The notes: a model not told the origin generated them from the letters alone. A DNA stretch of 56,172 nt from Gomphosphaeria aponina SAG 52.96 = DSM 107014 (GCA_016903655.1 JADQBC010000003.1:1-56172); one strand, 5' to 3'; numbered from the stretch's first letter, positions 10,987 through 22,337 are shown. Made by a program: numbers and translations.

Positions 10987-12009
10987 CTAGCAGTTCAATA
11001 TTGGTTTAAATCCGTGTTTCACTGAAGCTTTACCAATCATCTCCATTTTTTCTACTGTAATCTGATTTCGCCCCCAAGAAAAATTTGTCCGCTGGCCTTC
11101 AAATTCTAGGAGCATTGCTTCTGCGAAACAAGCGAACATTTGCCGCCCTGGTACTTCCATTTCCACAATTTCCATAATTTTCCAGTCTATATCTAGGGAA
11201 TGCTCGACTATTCCCCCTTTTAATACACAAATCTCTGGATGCTGTATTTTTGTCCCGAGGTTTTTCGGATATCCTCCATCTATCAGCAGTGATGGTTTTT
11301 TCAACCCTGTATGCTTTATTTCTACTCCCTTGGGCATACTCGCTACCCAGACTAGCACATCTGCTTCTTCCAATGCTCCATCAAGGCTCATTATTTTCCC
11401 TCTGCCCAGGTTTGCCTGTAAATCTTGTAATCTCTCTTGATTGCGGGCTATGAGTAATAATTCCCCTACCCCCGTTCTTACATCTAGCCAGCGACATACT
11501 GCGCTACCTATGTCTCCTGTTGCTCCGCATACAGCTACTGTTGCTTTTGTTAAGTCTATGCCTAATTTTGGGGCAACTGCTTCTACTTGACGGCAAATCA
11601 CGTAAGCTGTGTGTGTGTTTCCTGTGGTAAATCGCTCAAATTCTAGCTCCACATTGCGCACCTGTCTATTATTTTTCAGGTCAAATTCTTCAAAAATAAT
11701 TGATGAAAACCCCCCCAATGCTGTTATATCCAGGTGGTTTTTCTGTGCCAGTGCCATAGCATTTAAAATTTTGCGTATGGCTGCTTTGATGCGGCGGTTT
11801 GTCAGCATTTCTGGTAAAAAACAAGATTCCACATACCGCCCTTCTATTTTTTGCCCTGTGATACTGGTTACGGTAATGTTATCTACGATTTGCGGCGGTG
11901 CTGAACACCAAAAATCTAGTCCTTGATTAGCATATTCTGGGTAGCCTAGTTCTTCGGCAACGGCTTGGGCGTGTTCTATACTTGTAAGATGTCCGATAAG
12001 ACCAAACAT
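10987..12009 (-). CDS. aar: Long-chain acyl-ACP reductase
   Basis: [11 protein letters not shown]-terminus, [14 protein letters not shown] and [13 protein letters not shown] motifs. Confidence 0.96.
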   Translation of the reverse strand: MFGLIGHLTSIEHAQAVAEELGYPEYANQGLDFWCSAPPQIVDNITVTSITGQKIEGRYVESCFLPEMLTNRRIKAAIRKILNAMALAQKNHLDITALGGFSSIIFEEFDLKNNRQVRNVELEFERFTTGNTHTAYVICRQVEAVAPKLGIDLTKATVAVCGATGDIGSAVCRWLDVRTGVGELLLIARNQERLQDLQANLGRGKIMSLDGALEEADVLVWVASMPKGVEIKHTGLKKPSLLIDGGYPKNLGTKIQHPEICVLKGGIVEHSLDIDWKIMEIVEMEVPGRQMFACFAEAMLLEFEGQRTNFSWGRNQITVEKMEMIGKASVKHGFKPILNC

Positions 12010-12064
12010 TTATTAATCGCTTTAGGCAAGAATCAGGTACGGTTTGACAGTTATCACTTATCAG

Positions 12065-12298
12065 TTATCAGTTATCAATTGCTCTTGGTTTTTCGACTAC
12101 CTCCCCTTGGTGGAAGGCTAGGTTCTGCGTTTATTACATCCCCTCATTACCCATTAGCTATCTATAACTGTTCACTCTTAATGATTATATCTCAGTTATG
12201 ATTTATCAGTTATCAATTGCTCCTGGTTTTTCGACCCCCTTGGGTGGCTCTCTAGGTTCTGCTCTTATTACATCCCCCCGCTAGCTATAACTGTTCAC
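12065..12298. repeat. Imperfect tandem duplication (about 12065-12176 and 12203-12298)
   Basis: Both units read TTATCAGTTATCAATTGCTC.TGGTTTTTCGAC...CTAGGTTCTGC...TTATTACATCCCC...CTATAACTGTTCAC. Confidence 0.8.
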
Positions 12299-12337
12299 CG
12301 TTTTCACAAAATTTGAAACCTCTTAATAATTATATCT

Positions 12338-12365
12338 AAAAAAATCCCCTCTTCTCCAAGAGGGG
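12338..12365 (-). terminator. Intrinsic terminator downstream of ado
   Basis: CCCCTCTT-GGAG-AAGAGGGG stem-loop followed by a T run on the minus strand. Confidence 0.7.
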
Positions 12366-12377
12366 TGTAAATTTTTC

Positions 12378-12502
12378 GGCGTTGCGTTTTTTGAGTAATG
12401 AATTATAGTACTATAATCCCTACTAACCAAACTCAAACCCTCTGGCCACTTTCCACCCCGCTCTGGCTACTTTAAGGTTTCATGCTTCAATTCAGCAACG
12501 CC
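12378..12502. mobile_element. Small dispersed element GGCGTTGC...GCAACGCC
   Basis: Imperfect terminal IRs; interior homologous to 6539-6643 in opposite orientation. Confidence 0.72.
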
Positions 12503-12507
12503 AATTT

Positions 12508-13203
12508 TTAGGCTGCTGCCAAACCTGCGGAAGACATCCGCATAATTTCACGGGTACTGAAACCGATCTTACTGAGGGCTTCTCCGTAGCTAATCATGAA
12601 GTCTTCGATTAAGGCTTCTTTTTCCATGCCCAAATTGCGGGCATCTTTTTCCACTTGGTTCAGCATTTTCCATACCAGGGGCAAGTTCTGGCTGTTTGCT
12701 GCTTCTAATTCTGCTTTTGCTGCTGCAAAGTTTTTTTCTAGCCAAATTTCCCCAAAGTTGAGATGGGTGTACTCGTCTTCTACTACCCCTTCGGTGATTT
12801 TTTTGGCAAAGGGATCTGCTACTGGGATGTATATATTATAAGCGGCAATAGCAAAGGCTTCGATAATTAAGGCTTGGATTAATAAGCAAGTTACAATCTT
12901 TCCTTCTGCTTTGGCTTTTTGGAAGTTGCCATGGAGATGACTGAAAAATTCTTTGGCATACTCCATGTCTGGGGTAACGCTTAAATTCTTCCCACAGGCC
13001 ATAAATCCTTTTTTATGCCGATTTTCCATTTTGGAAAGGTTTACCAGTTCTTCTTTGTGTTCTGGCAGCATTTCTGTCATTGATATATAATTTTCTGCTG
13101 CTTCTTGTTCCCCTTCAATCACGATTGCGTTGATGCGGCTGTAAGCATCTTTGTAAATTTCGCTGTTAAAATTTAGCTCTTGACGTACTGCTACCTCTAC
13201 CAT
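12508..13203 (-). CDS. ado: Aldehyde-deformylating oxygenase
   Basis: [23 protein letters not shown] and DEYTH di-iron motifs; adjacent to aar. Confidence 0.97.
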   Translation of the reverse strand: MVEVAVRQELNFNSEIYKDAYSRINAIVIEGEQEAAENYISMTEMLPEHKEELVNLSKMENRHKKGFMACGKNLSVTPDMEYAKEFFSHLHGNFQKAKAEGKIVTCLLIQALIIEAFAIAAYNIYIPVADPFAKKITEGVVEDEYTHLNFGEIWLEKNFAAAKAELEAANSQNLPLVWKMLNQVEKDARNLGMEKEALIEDFMISYGEALSKIGFSTREIMRMSSAGLAAA

Positions 13204-13352
13204 AGTTTTGGTTTTCTCCTATTTTTGATTAATTTATAGCTTAATCTAAGTTTAGTGAATCTGGGCATGGCGATCGCTTTTATCTGTTACAGTGCTTTTG
13301 AGTGTTGCTCCTGGCTGTTCCTGCCTATTGTTTTTCTTAACTTTCTCAATCT

Positions 13353-13622
13353 TCAAAAAGCTTGGATCCATTCCTTAATTTCATACTCAGTCCAAATCCC
13401 ATTTTGCCAATAAGGATCATCTTCAATTAACTTACGCACATTTTCTTCATCTGCTGCTTCATAAATCCCAAACACCTTAGTATTATCTTTACTTGGGCCA
13501 AGAGTAATTAAAACCCCACTTTCTTTTTGTTTGGCTAAACCATCTAAATGTCCTTGACGGTAAGGAGTGCGTTTTTCGAGGGCATTTTCGCAATAGCTCC
13601 CCCACATAATATACTTTGCCAT
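13353..13622 (-). CDS. YciI family protein
   Basis: R.PYRQGHL, LGP and DDPYW motifs; start could also be 13643. Confidence 0.85.
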   Translation of the reverse strand: MAKYIMWGSYCENALEKRTPYRQGHLDGLAKQKESGVLITLGPSKDNTKVFGIYEAADEENVRKLIEDDPYWQNGIWTEYEIKEWIQAF

Positions 13623-13643
13623 GTCAATTAACTCCCACACCAT

Positions 13644-16073
13644 CTAACTTCTTAGAGTCACCATAAATTGTTCCGCCAGCGATTCCCTAATTTTATTATG
13701 TACAGGTTCAACATCTTGATCTGTGAGAGTGCGATCGCCTGCTCGATATAACAAACTAAATGCTAAACTTCGCTCTCCTGCTGGTACATTTTTCCCTTGA
13801 TATTCATCAAACAATTCTACCCCTGCCAATAAATCCCCCCCTGCTTTTTTGATCGCCTTCGTAATATCTTTTACTGCAACTTTGCTTGGAGCAAAAAATG
13901 CCAAATCTCTTTCCACAGCGGGATAAGTAGAATAGGGTTTAAACCTTTTAACTTCATCTTGCCCTAAACTGGACAACAAGACATCAAAACTCATTTGAAA
14001 AACATACACTGCTTCAGGTAAATCCCGTTCGCGACGTAACTGGGGATGAAGTTGTCCAAAAATCCCCAAAGGTTTCCCTTTCAAGTATAAAGCCGCAGTA
14101 CGTCCTGGGTGAAGGCGGTCATCCCCCTGCTCTGCTTGATATTCCACTGTTAAACCCCAACTATTAAATACACTTTCGATCATCCCCTTAGCCTCATACC
14201 AAGTCAGAGGAGACTCTTTCCCCCCTCTAGTCCAGCGACCAGTAGGCTCTAATTCACCGCCCATAATTCCAGCTACCTGCTCCACCTCTTTTTCTTCTCC
14301 TGCTTCCCGCCAGAAAACACTTCCTATTTCAAAAGCATTTAAAGCTCCATTTCCCTGAGATTGATTATAAGCAAAAGCATCAATTAATCCAGCAATCAAA
14401 TTAGTCCGCAGAGCCGAATATTCACTCAACAAAGGATTTGCTAATTCAATTTCCGCTCCTGTTGGTTTAACAAGGGAATATTGAACCACTTCAGTGAGTC
14501 CAACTGCACGAAAAGCAGCCCTTACTTTCCGTTTCCAAGCCTCTTCAAAAGATAGATACCCAGGTTCGGTTTGATCTGGCAATTTATCACAGAAATTATC
14601 ATAACCATATAAACGGGCTACCTCCTCAATCAAGTCAATTTCCCTTTCTAAATCCCGATAACGATAGGGAGGAATAGTAACATTCCAAACCTGACTTTTT
14701 CCTTCCATTGCTTCGAGTTTACAACCCAAATCAGTCAGAATACGTTCCACCGCTGCTGGGGGGACTTGAGTCATAGTATCTCCTTGTTTCACCAAACCCA
14801 GAACCTGATGAAGACGTTCTAGTCGCAGTAAAATAGAATTACTCCATTTTCCTGATCGAACATCAGCAACAGCTTGAGTAACTACAGTGCCGCCGGCCAG
14901 CTCAATAATCAGAGCGATCGCCCGCGAACAAGCAATCTCCAATTCTACCTGATTTACCCCTCGCTCATAGCGCACAGATGCTTCCGTGCGGATACTTTGA
15001 CTGCGAGAAGAACGACGAATAACCACAGGGTCAAACAGAGCAGCTTCAAGGACAATATTTGTTGTTCCCTCATAGACTTCCGTTTCCTCACCACCCATAA
15101 CACCTGCAAGAGCGACTGGGCGATCGTTAGCAGTAATCAAGAGATTTTGGGAATTTAGCTGGCGATTTTTGCCATCCAGAGTTTTAAGAGACTCATTATT
15201 ACCAGCAAAACGAACCCCAAGCATTAAATTATCCCCTCCTGCCACTTGTTGAAGACGTTGCAGATCAAAAGCATGGAGAGGCTGACCCCACTCCAAAAGG
15301 ATATAATTAGTAGCATCTACCACATTATTAATTGGGCGCACACCAGCAGCAGTAAGTCGCCACTGTAGCCAATCAGGAGAAGGAGCAATTTTCACAGCAG
15401 CGATCGCCGTTCCAATATATGCAGTACAAGCTTTTTCCTCAGTTATTTTCACCCCTAAAGACCCATCCATCCTCCCGAGAGAGATCACTGGAGTTTGGGG
15501 TAAATTCAGCTTTGCACCCGTGAGCGCTGCAACTTCCCGCGCCACACCCACCATAGTCAAAGCATCAGCGCGGTTTGCTGTTGCACTCAAATCCAAAATA
15601 ACATCATCGAGCCCCAACAAAGGGCGGACATCCTGACCTGGTTTTAAGTCATCCTGGGGGAAAATATGAATACCAGAAGACTCCTTAGCCAAACCCAACT
15701 CTGCTAGAGAGCAAATCATCCCCTCAGAAGAGACACCACGTAACTTACTTTGACGGATTTTCAACTCAACCGCAGGTAAATAAGTTCCCAAAGTTGCCAC
15801 AGGGACTAAGATATCAGTTCTAGCATTAGGAGCGCCACAGACAATCTGCGCGAGTTGAGCAGCACCAATATCAACTTGACACACACGCAGTTTATCCGCA
15901 TTGGGATGGGGTTGACAAGCAACAATTTTCCCCACCACCACCCCCTCAGCGGCCTGTCGTTGGTCTTCAATACCTTCTACCTCAAACCCTGCCATAGTTA
16001 AGATTTTAGCTAATGCTTCAGGTTCAAGAGTAACTTCGACTAATTCCCGCAACCAGTTCAAAGAAATGCGCAT
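13644..16073 (-). CDS. pheT: Phenylalanine--tRNA ligase beta subunit
   Basis: [34 protein letters not shown] and FDX-ACB C-terminus. Confidence 0.97.
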   Translation of the reverse strand: MRISLNWLRELVEVTLEPEALAKILTMAGFEVEGIEDQRQAAEGVVVGKIVACQPHPNADKLRVCQVDIGAAQLAQIVCGAPNARTDILVPVATLGTYLPAVELKIRQSKLRGVSSEGMICSLAELGLAKESSGIHIFPQDDLKPGQDVRPLLGLDDVILDLSATANRADALTMVGVAREVAALTGAKLNLPQTPVISLGRMDGSLGVKITEEKACTAYIGTAIAAVKIAPSPDWLQWRLTAAGVRPINNVVDATNYILLEWGQPLHAFDLQRLQQVAGGDNLMLGVRFAGNNESLKTLDGKNRQLNSQNLLITANDRPVALAGVMGGEETEVYEGTTNIVLEAALFDPVVIRRSSRSQSIRTEASVRYERGVNQVELEIACSRAIALIIELAGGTVVTQAVADVRSGKWSNSILLRLERLHQVLGLVKQGDTMTQVPPAAVERILTDLGCKLEAMEGKSQVWNVTIPPYRYRDLEREIDLIEEVARLYGYDNFCDKLPDQTEPGYLSFEEAWKRKVRAAFRAVGLTEVVQYSLVKPTGAEIELANPLLSEYSALRTNLIAGLIDAFAYNQSQGNGALNAFEIGSVFWREAGEEKEVEQVAGIMGGELEPTGRWTRGGKESPLTWYEAKGMIESVFNSWGLTVEYQAEQGDDRLHPGRTAALYLKGKPLGIFGQLHPQLRRERDLPEAVYVFQMSFDVLLSSLGQDEVKRFKPYSTYPAVERDLAFFAPSKVAVKDITKAIKKAGGDLLAGVELFDEYQGKNVPAGERSLAFSLLYRAGDRTLTDQDVEPVHNKIRESLAEQFMVTLRS

Positions 16074-16411
16074 ATAAAAGTTTCAATCCCTAATAGGGAA
16101 ATTAAGTAATACAAATCTTAACTCAACCTGGATCTTACCTTAAGTCAGCACAGAAGCGCCAAAAATCAAGGAAATAACCACAAAACCCTCAATCATGGTA
16201 GAATAATAATCATAGATTACCACTCAGTATTAGTATAGTTGCCCAAATATTCATCCAGCTTTAGTTAATTATTAGCATAATTCCTCCAAAAACTAGGCTA
16301 TCGTGTTGGGAACTTCCCTCGAAGGTTTGCTTACTGTTGAGTGCTTACTGTGACAAAAATCAATCCAAAGAGTAATTTAATCTTAGAAGCGCTGAAAATG
16401 TTATATTAGTG

Positions 16412-18055
16412 ATGGTTAAAATATACAGCTACTGCTTAAATCCGTCCTGTCCTCAGCCAAAAAATGACCCCAGAGCCAAATTGTGCAGTGCTTGTGGCTC
16501 AAATTTAGTGCTACACAAACGCTTTCGTGTGGTGAAAACACTGGGGAAAGGAGGATTTGGAGCAACATTTATCGCGCTTGATATCACTCTTCCAGGGACA
16601 CCAGTGTGTGTAGTTAAACAACTACGTCCCATGACAGATGACCCTGGGATTTTTCAAATGGCAAGAGATTTATTTGAGCGCGAAGCACAAACCTTGGGAA
16701 AGGTGGGGAATCATCCCCAAGTGCCAAGGTTGTTAGACTATTTTGAAGAAGATAAGCAGTTTTATCTGGTGCAAGAATATATTGGGGGCAGTGACCTACA
16801 AAAAGAAGTAAAAAAGAATGGCCCGTTGAGCGAAGAAGGAGTAAGGCAATTTTTAAACGAAGTCCTGCAAATTTTGCAATACATTCATTCGATGAAAGTG
16901 ATTCACCGAGATATTAAACCAGCAAACATTATCCGTCGAGATCAAGACAAAAAACTGGTATTAATCGACTTTGGTGCTGTGAAAACTCAGGTGAATACAA
17001 TGGCGGCAAAAAATTCAGATCAAACTGCTTTGACTCAATTTTCTGTGGGAACTCCAGGTTTTGCTCCAGCAGAGCAATTAGCCATGCGACCAGTTTATGC
17101 TAGTGATATTTATGCCCTCGGAGCAACCTGTCTTTATTTACTTACAGGAAAATCCCCCAGAGAGCTAGAAACAGATCACGCAACAGGGGAATTGGCTTGG
17201 GAGAAATATGTACAGATTAATCCCAATTTTGCCGCAGTTTTGAGAAAAATGTTGGAAGTTTCCGTCCGCAATCGCTACAAAAGTGCGGATGAGGTGATCA
17301 AGGCTCTCGATGTTGCTCCTTATGAAGATATTTTGAAAGAAGGTCTCTTAACCCAGCGAAACACTGAGAGACAAGGGAATAAAATAGGAAATTTACCAAA
17401 TTCAAACATTTTGAGTGCAGGAAATTCTCAATTAAAAACACAGCAATCATCGGCGACTAAAAATTTGGCGGAAATGCTGAAAAATAGAAAAGACAGACAG
17501 CAGCTAACAGGTTCTCAGAGTAATAATACAGCAATAAATAACCCCAGAACAACGCTCCAAAATAAAGATACAACAAGGTTGCAAGCGGGGGGGAAACCAG
17601 TAAAAAAAGCGAAACCCAGCTTAAAAGAAGTTGATGTAATTAGAGGATATATTAAAGATGCAAGAAGGAATTTTGAAGAACATAATTTAAGTAACCTGAA
17701 TCTGAAAAAAGCACAGTTATCTGATTGTGTTTTTCGCCAATCTCAATTGTATAAAACAGATTTACAGGAAGCGAATTTGTCGAATTGTAATTTTTATAGT
17801 GCTGATTTAGGAAAGGCATTGTTGCGGAAGGCAAATTTGAGTAAAGCTTATTTGTATAAAACTAATTTGAAAGAAGCGGATATGCGGGGGGCTGATTTGC
17901 GCAATGCTAATCTGGAAAATGCAGATTTAAAAGGCGCAAATTTATGTGGCGCAAATTTATGTGGCGCAACTGTGACTAAGGAACAATTAAAGGAAGCGCA
18001 AACAAATTGGTCAACGATTTTGCCTAATGGTAAGCGACAGTTAAAGCTATTTTAA
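16412..18055 (+). CDS. spkB: Ser/Thr protein kinase with C-terminal pentapeptide repeats (SpkB-like)
   Basis: N-terminal Cys motif, GKGGFG, HRDIKPAN, DFG and pentapeptide tail. Confidence 0.85.
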   Translation: MVKIYSYCLNPSCPQPKNDPRAKLCSACGSNLVLHKRFRVVKTLGKGGFGATFIALDITLPGTPVCVVKQLRPMTDDPGIFQMARDLFEREAQTLGKVGNHPQVPRLLDYFEEDKQFYLVQEYIGGSDLQKEVKKNGPLSEEGVRQFLNEVLQILQYIHSMKVIHRDIKPANIIRRDQDKKLVLIDFGAVKTQVNTMAAKNSDQTALTQFSVGTPGFAPAEQLAMRPVYASDIYALGATCLYLLTGKSPRELETDHATGELAWEKYVQINPNFAAVLRKMLEVSVRNRYKSADEVIKALDVAPYEDILKEGLLTQRNTERQGNKIGNLPNSNILSAGNSQLKTQQSSATKNLAEMLKNRKDRQQLTGSQSNNTAINNPRTTLQNKDTTRLQAGGKPVKKAKPSLKEVDVIRGYIKDARRNFEEHNLSNLNLKKAQLSDCVFRQSQLYKTDLQEANLSNCNFYSADLGKALLRKANLSKAYLYKTNLKEADMRGADLRNANLENADLKGANLCGANLCGATVTKEQLKEAQTNWSTILPNGKRQLKLF

Positions 18056-18173
18056 GAGTTATCAACTATCAGTTAAAATTGTAGGTGCAATTTAAGTTAC
18101 AATTTATATTATAAGATAAAAAATATTAGCTCAAAACTCCCTTTCTCCTCTATAATTGACCACGTACCATCGA

Positions 18174-18310
18174 GATAATTGATAATTGATAATTGACAGA
18201 GGCGGGGGCGGGTTTTGATATAAAGGTTATGGGTTTGATTACTAGATTGTCACCTTACCCGCCCCTACAGTGATAATTGATAATTGATAATTGATAATTG
18301 ATAATTGATA
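18174..18310. repeat. STRR (GATAATT)n tract interrupted by a REP-like element at 18205-18271
   Basis: Three heptamers, then GGGGCGGGTTTT...ACCCGCCCCTAC, then five or more heptamers. Confidence 0.9.
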
Positions 18311-18317
18311 AAAGATT

Positions 18318-19670
18318 ATGACCACAAAAAATCGCCTTTATAATATTGTAACCTTTGGCTGTCAGATGAATAAGGCAGACTCGGAGCGGATGGCAGGTAT
18401 TTTAGAAAAAATGGGTTTCCAATGGTCAGAAGACCCCAATAATGCCGATTTAATTTTATATAACACCTGCACAATTCGGGATAATGCGGAACAAAAGGTT
18501 TATTCTTATTTGGGAAGACAAGCAAAACGCAAACATGAACAACCAGACCTTACGTTGATAGTGGCAGGTTGTGTCGCTCAACAAGAAGGAGAACAACTTT
18601 TGCGACGGGTACCAGAATTAGATTTAGTAATGGGCCCTCAGCACGCAAACCGCTTAGAGGATTTGTTAGAACAGGTGTTTAATGGGGAACAAGTAGTAGC
18701 AACAGAAGCAATAAACATCGTAGAAGATATCACCAAACCCAGAAGAGAAAGTAAAGTAACAGCCTGGGTAAATGTGATTTATGGCTGTAATGAACGCTGT
18801 ACTTATTGTGTTGTGCCAGGAGTAAGAGGTGTGGAACAATCCCGCACTCCAGCAGCAATTAAGGCGGAAATGATAGAGTTAGGGGAGCTGGGTTATAAAG
18901 AAGTGACTCTCCTGGGGCAAAATATAGATGCCTATGGACGGGATTTACCAGGAGTAACAGAGTCAGGCAGATATAAACATACTTTGACAGATTTACTCTA
19001 TTATGTACATGATGTGCCAGGAATTGAACGGATTCGTTTTGCTACGAGTCATCCCCGTTATTTTACTGAACGTCTAATAAAGGCTTGTAAAGAGTTACCG
19101 AAGGTTTGCGAGCATTTTCATATACCATTTCAGTCAGGAGATAATGAGGTACTGAAGGCAATGGCACGGGGATATACCCATGAGAAGTATCGGGGGATAA
19201 TAGAGAAGATACGGGAGTATATGCCAGATGCTTCGATAAGTGCAGATGCAATTGTGGGTTTTCCTGGAGAAACAGAGGCGCAATTTGAGAAGACTTTGAA
19301 ATTGGTGGAAGATATTGGTTTTGACCAATTAAATACGGCTGCCTATTCGCCACGACCTGGGACACCAGCAGCTTTATGGGAAAATCAAGTGAGTGAAGAG
19401 GTAAAAAGACTACGCCTTTCTAGTCTCAATCATTTAGTGTCTTTAAAAGCAGCAGAAAGAACTCAGAGATACTTGGGTAGGAGAGAAGAAGTATTAGTAG
19501 AAGACCAAAACCCGAAAGAGACTACCCAGGTCATGGGGAGAACTAGGGGAAACCGTCTTACTTTCTTTCCTGGGAATATTGAGGAATTGAAGGGTAAACT
19601 GGTGCAAGTGGAAATAACAGAAGCACGTGCTTTCAGTTTGACAGGAAAAGGGACTGTAGGGGTACTGTAG
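18318..19670 (+). CDS. miaB: tRNA 2-methylthio-N6-dimethylallyladenosine synthase
   Basis: [15 protein letters not shown] radical SAM motif and TRAM domain. Confidence 0.97.
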   Translation: MTTKNRLYNIVTFGCQMNKADSERMAGILEKMGFQWSEDPNNADLILYNTCTIRDNAEQKVYSYLGRQAKRKHEQPDLTLIVAGCVAQQEGEQLLRRVPELDLVMGPQHANRLEDLLEQVFNGEQVVATEAINIVEDITKPRRESKVTAWVNVIYGCNERCTYCVVPGVRGVEQSRTPAAIKAEMIELGELGYKEVTLLGQNIDAYGRDLPGVTESGRYKHTLTDLLYYVHDVPGIERIRFATSHPRYFTERLIKACKELPKVCEHFHIPFQSGDNEVLKAMARGYTHEKYRGIIEKIREYMPDASISADAIVGFPGETEAQFEKTLKLVEDIGFDQLNTAAYSPRPGTPAALWENQVSEEVKRLRLSSLNHLVSLKAAERTQRYLGRREEVLVEDQNPKETTQVMGRTRGNRLTFFPGNIEELKGKLVQVEITEARAFSLTGKGTVGVL

Positions 19671-19770
19671 GGGCGGGTTTAGGGACAATCTAATAATCAA
19701 ACCCATAACCTCTATAACAAAACCCGCCCCTCCTCCTCCAGAAAATTGATAACAAAACCCGCCCCCGACT
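19664..19770. repeat. REP-like element (19664-19730) plus an extra half site
   Basis: GTAGGGGCGGGTTT...AAAACCCGCCCC; inverted near-copy of 18205-18271. Confidence 0.85.
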
Positions 19771-19813
19771 CCAGTGAAAATTGATAACAGAAAACTGATA
19801 ACTAAAGAAGAAA

Positions 19814-20857
19814 ATGACAAAATTAAGGGTAGGGTTGCTGTTTGGAGGGCGATCGGGAGAACATGAAGTTTCGATTAGTTCAGCCAGGGCGATCGCCACT
19901 GCTTTAAAAGAAAATGCTGCTAAATATGAACTGTTGCCAGTTTATATCCAAAAAGATGGGATTTGGCAAGCAGGAGCAATGGCAGAGCAGGTTTTAACTT
20001 CAGGAAAACCTCAAGAAAGTGAAAAAAAAGGCAAATTGTGGCAATTTCCCCCCCAGGTAGAAACAGTAGATGTTTGGTTTCCAATTTTGCATGGCCCAAA
20101 TGGGGAAGATGGCACAATTCAGGGTTTACTAAGTTTAATGCAAGTGCCTTTTGTGGGAACACAAGTTTTAGGTTCAGCCATGGGAATGGATAAAATTGCC
20201 ATGAAACGAGCTTTTGCTGGTGCAGGTTTGCCCCAGGTAAAATATATGGCAGTTACGCGGGCAGAAATTTGGTCTAACCCCTGTGTTTTTCCTAAACTTT
20301 GCGATCAAATAGAGGTGGAGTTGGGTTATCCCTGTTTTGTGAAACCAGCAAATTTAGGGTCATCGGTGGGGATAAGTAAAGTGCGATCGCGTGCTGAGTT
20401 GGAGACAGCTTTGGATAGTGCTGCGAGTTATGATAGGCGGATTATTGTAGAAGCAGGAGTAGTAGCCAGAGAAGTAGAGTGTGCGGTATTGGGAAATGAC
20501 CACCCCAAAGCTTCAGTAGTGGGAGAAATAACTTATGACAGCGATTTTTATGATTACGAAACCAAATATACAGCAGGACTAGCTCAATTGTTAATTCCTG
20601 CGCCTCTTCCCGATGTTGTTACTGGTAGAATTATGGAAATGGCTAGAGTAGCTTTTGCTGCAGTAGATGGGGCGGGGTTAGCAAGGGTGGACTTTTTTTA
20701 TGTGGAAGAGACAGAGGAAATATTAATCAATGAAATTAATACCTTACCTGGTTTTACTGCCACCAGTATGTATCCCCAACTTTGGGCGGCGACTGGGGTT
20801 AGTTTTCCCCAATTAGTTGAGCGCCTAATTCAGTTTGCTTTGGAACGTCAATTATGA
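19814..20857 (+). CDS. ddl: D-alanine--D-alanine ligase
   Basis: [30 protein letters not shown] and [10 protein letters not shown] motifs. Confidence 0.97.
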   Translation: MTKLRVGLLFGGRSGEHEVSISSARAIATALKENAAKYELLPVYIQKDGIWQAGAMAEQVLTSGKPQESEKKGKLWQFPPQVETVDVWFPILHGPNGEDGTIQGLLSLMQVPFVGTQVLGSAMGMDKIAMKRAFAGAGLPQVKYMAVTRAEIWSNPCVFPKLCDQIEVELGYPCFVKPANLGSSVGISKVRSRAELETALDSAASYDRRIIVEAGVVAREVECAVLGNDHPKASVVGEITYDSDFYDYETKYTAGLAQLLIPAPLPDVVTGRIMEMARVAFAAVDGAGLARVDFFYVEETEEILINEINTLPGFTATSMYPQLWAATGVSFPQLVERLIQFALERQL

Positions 20858-20897
20858 GTTAATGTTGGTTTTGGTAGGTAATTGTCAGGAGTAACTT

Positions 20898-21347
20898 GTG
20901 GAGAGAACATTTTTAATGATTAAACCAGATGGGGTACAGCGCAACCTCGTCGGCGAAGTAATTAAGCGTTTAGAAGCAAAAGGCTTTACTTTAGTGGGGC
21001 TAAAAATGATGAAAGTGTCTCGCGAGTTAGCAGAAAAACACTATGACGTCCACAAAGAAAGACCATTTTTCCAGGGTTTAGTAGAGTTTATTATTTCTGC
21101 CCCAGTAGTAGCAATGGTTTGGGAAGGAGACGGAGTTGTTGCCTCTGCCAGAAAAATCATTGGTGCTACTAATCCCCTCACTGCTGAACCAGGAACAATA
21201 CGTGGAGATTATGGTGTAAGTATTGGCAGAAACTTAATTCATGGTTCAGATGCGATCGAGACTGCACAGCGAGAAGTTGCCCTTTGGTTTAAAGAAGAAG
21301 AACTGGTAAGCTGGGAGCTGGCAATTGGGCCCTGGCTTTACGAGTAA
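20898..21347 (+). CDS. ndk: Nucleoside diphosphate kinase
   Basis: [17 protein letters not shown] and NLIHGSD motifs; GTG start after AGGAG. Confidence 0.97.
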   Translation: MERTFLMIKPDGVQRNLVGEVIKRLEAKGFTLVGLKMMKVSRELAEKHYDVHKERPFFQGLVEFIISAPVVAMVWEGDGVVASARKIIGATNPLTAEPGTIRGDYGVSIGRNLIHGSDAIETAQREVALWFKEEELVSWELAIGPWLYE

Positions 21348-21445
21348 GTCAGAATTGTTGCAAATTGTTAAAAAGATTTGCCAAAATGTCCGCTAATAGC
21401 GCAAAGTAGTTAAATAATATCTTTTTAATCAGGAGTTTCTTAACC

Positions 21446-21541
21446 ATGCCGATCTCAGATACTCAAGTATTTGTCGCCTTAGTCATTGCTTTAATTCCTG
21501 GTATCCTAGCTTTCCGTCTCTCAACGGAACTTTACAAGTAG
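21446..21541 (+). CDS. psaM: Photosystem I subunit PsaM (absent from the ORF track)
   Basis: Translates [39 protein letters not shown]. Confidence 0.96.
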   Translation: MPISDTQVFVALVIALIPGILAFRLSTELYK

Positions 21542-21554
21542 GAATTGGGAAAAG

Positions 21555-21587
21555 TTGGGGCAGCTACTTACTGCCCCGATTTTTTTT
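21555..21587 (+). terminator. Intrinsic terminator of psaM
   Basis: GGGGCAG-CTACTTA-CTGCCCC followed by a T run. Confidence 0.85.
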
Positions 21588-21676
21588 GATTGTTCAGAAA
21601 AAAAAGCTAACAATTAATCGATTTAGGTATTAAAATACTCCTGTTGTGAATATTTTTACAGCTTGAAATTGGTTAT

Positions 21677-21994
21677 ATGGAAAAGTTCAGATCTAGGGAA
21701 CGTGGTCATCATCCCCACAAGGCAGTTGCTACTGAAAGTGCATTAAAATCTCTCGTGTATTTTACGCTCTCAGTAATAGCAACTGGGACTTGTCTTAATC
21801 TTTTAAATTATGATAGCACTCAAAAAGCCAATTTACGGGAAGTTGAGGTTGCTGTTCAAGCCAAAGAGGAAAGAGTTGCACAGTTGCGGGACAAATTTAA
21901 CCGTAATTTTGACCCTCACCAAACAAGAACTTTGATGCAGGAGCAAAGTCCGAAAATCGATTCTGAACAACTACGGGTCATTTTGTTGGATTAA
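21677..21994 (+). CDS. Single-TM coiled-coil protein, FtsL/DivIC-like (slr1601-type)
   Basis: TM segment followed by coiled coil and FDP motif; usual psaM neighbour. Confidence 0.6.
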   Translation: MEKFRSRERGHHPHKAVATESALKSLVYFTLSVIATGTCLNLLNYDSTQKANLREVEVAVQAKEERVAQLRDKFNRNFDPHQTRTLMQEQSPKIDSEQLRVILLD

Positions 21995-22031
21995 AGATTT
22001 AAATCATTAGATCTCTTGCGAATCTGGCTTT

Positions 22032-22337
22032 GTCGCTGTAGCACTGGCTTAAAAAACCTTAGCTTCTCACCTGTTTAAGTAATTAGACAAAATTAATTAC
22101 ATGGGTGAGGGCGGGTTTTGAACAATCAATTTTTGTTGTGCCACATAGGTTATCCCGCTGGCCCGCCCCTACAGAAATTCTGTAAATAATTTTGTCCACC
22201 TGTTTAAATACTAGCAACAGAGCTACAAGCTGGCATTATGCACCTGTAGGTGTTATGACAAAAATAACGTTAAATGAGCTGGTGCAAGTGAAGGTTTGCT
22301 AAAGTTTAGTAAGCTTTAGTGAGGTTTTTGCTTGCAC
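22032..22337 (-). ncRNA. Truncated omegaRNA/HEARO scaffold (copy B), interrupted by an insertion
   Basis: Reverse complement aligns with 47912-48088 and carries the ACGTTA...ACC...TGC...GCCAG...GCTCT...TTAAACAG...CCAGTG pattern. Confidence 0.78.
22075..22207. mobile_element. 133-bp TTAA-bounded MITE-like element with an internal REP-like palindrome
   Basis: Inverted near-copy of 52436-52568; absent from the homologous omegaRNA at about 48041. Confidence 0.82.

Noticed and set aside
8266..13203. Alkane biosynthesis cluster as a novelty
   Set aside because: ado-aar-accA-SDR-folE synteny is well known in cyanobacteria
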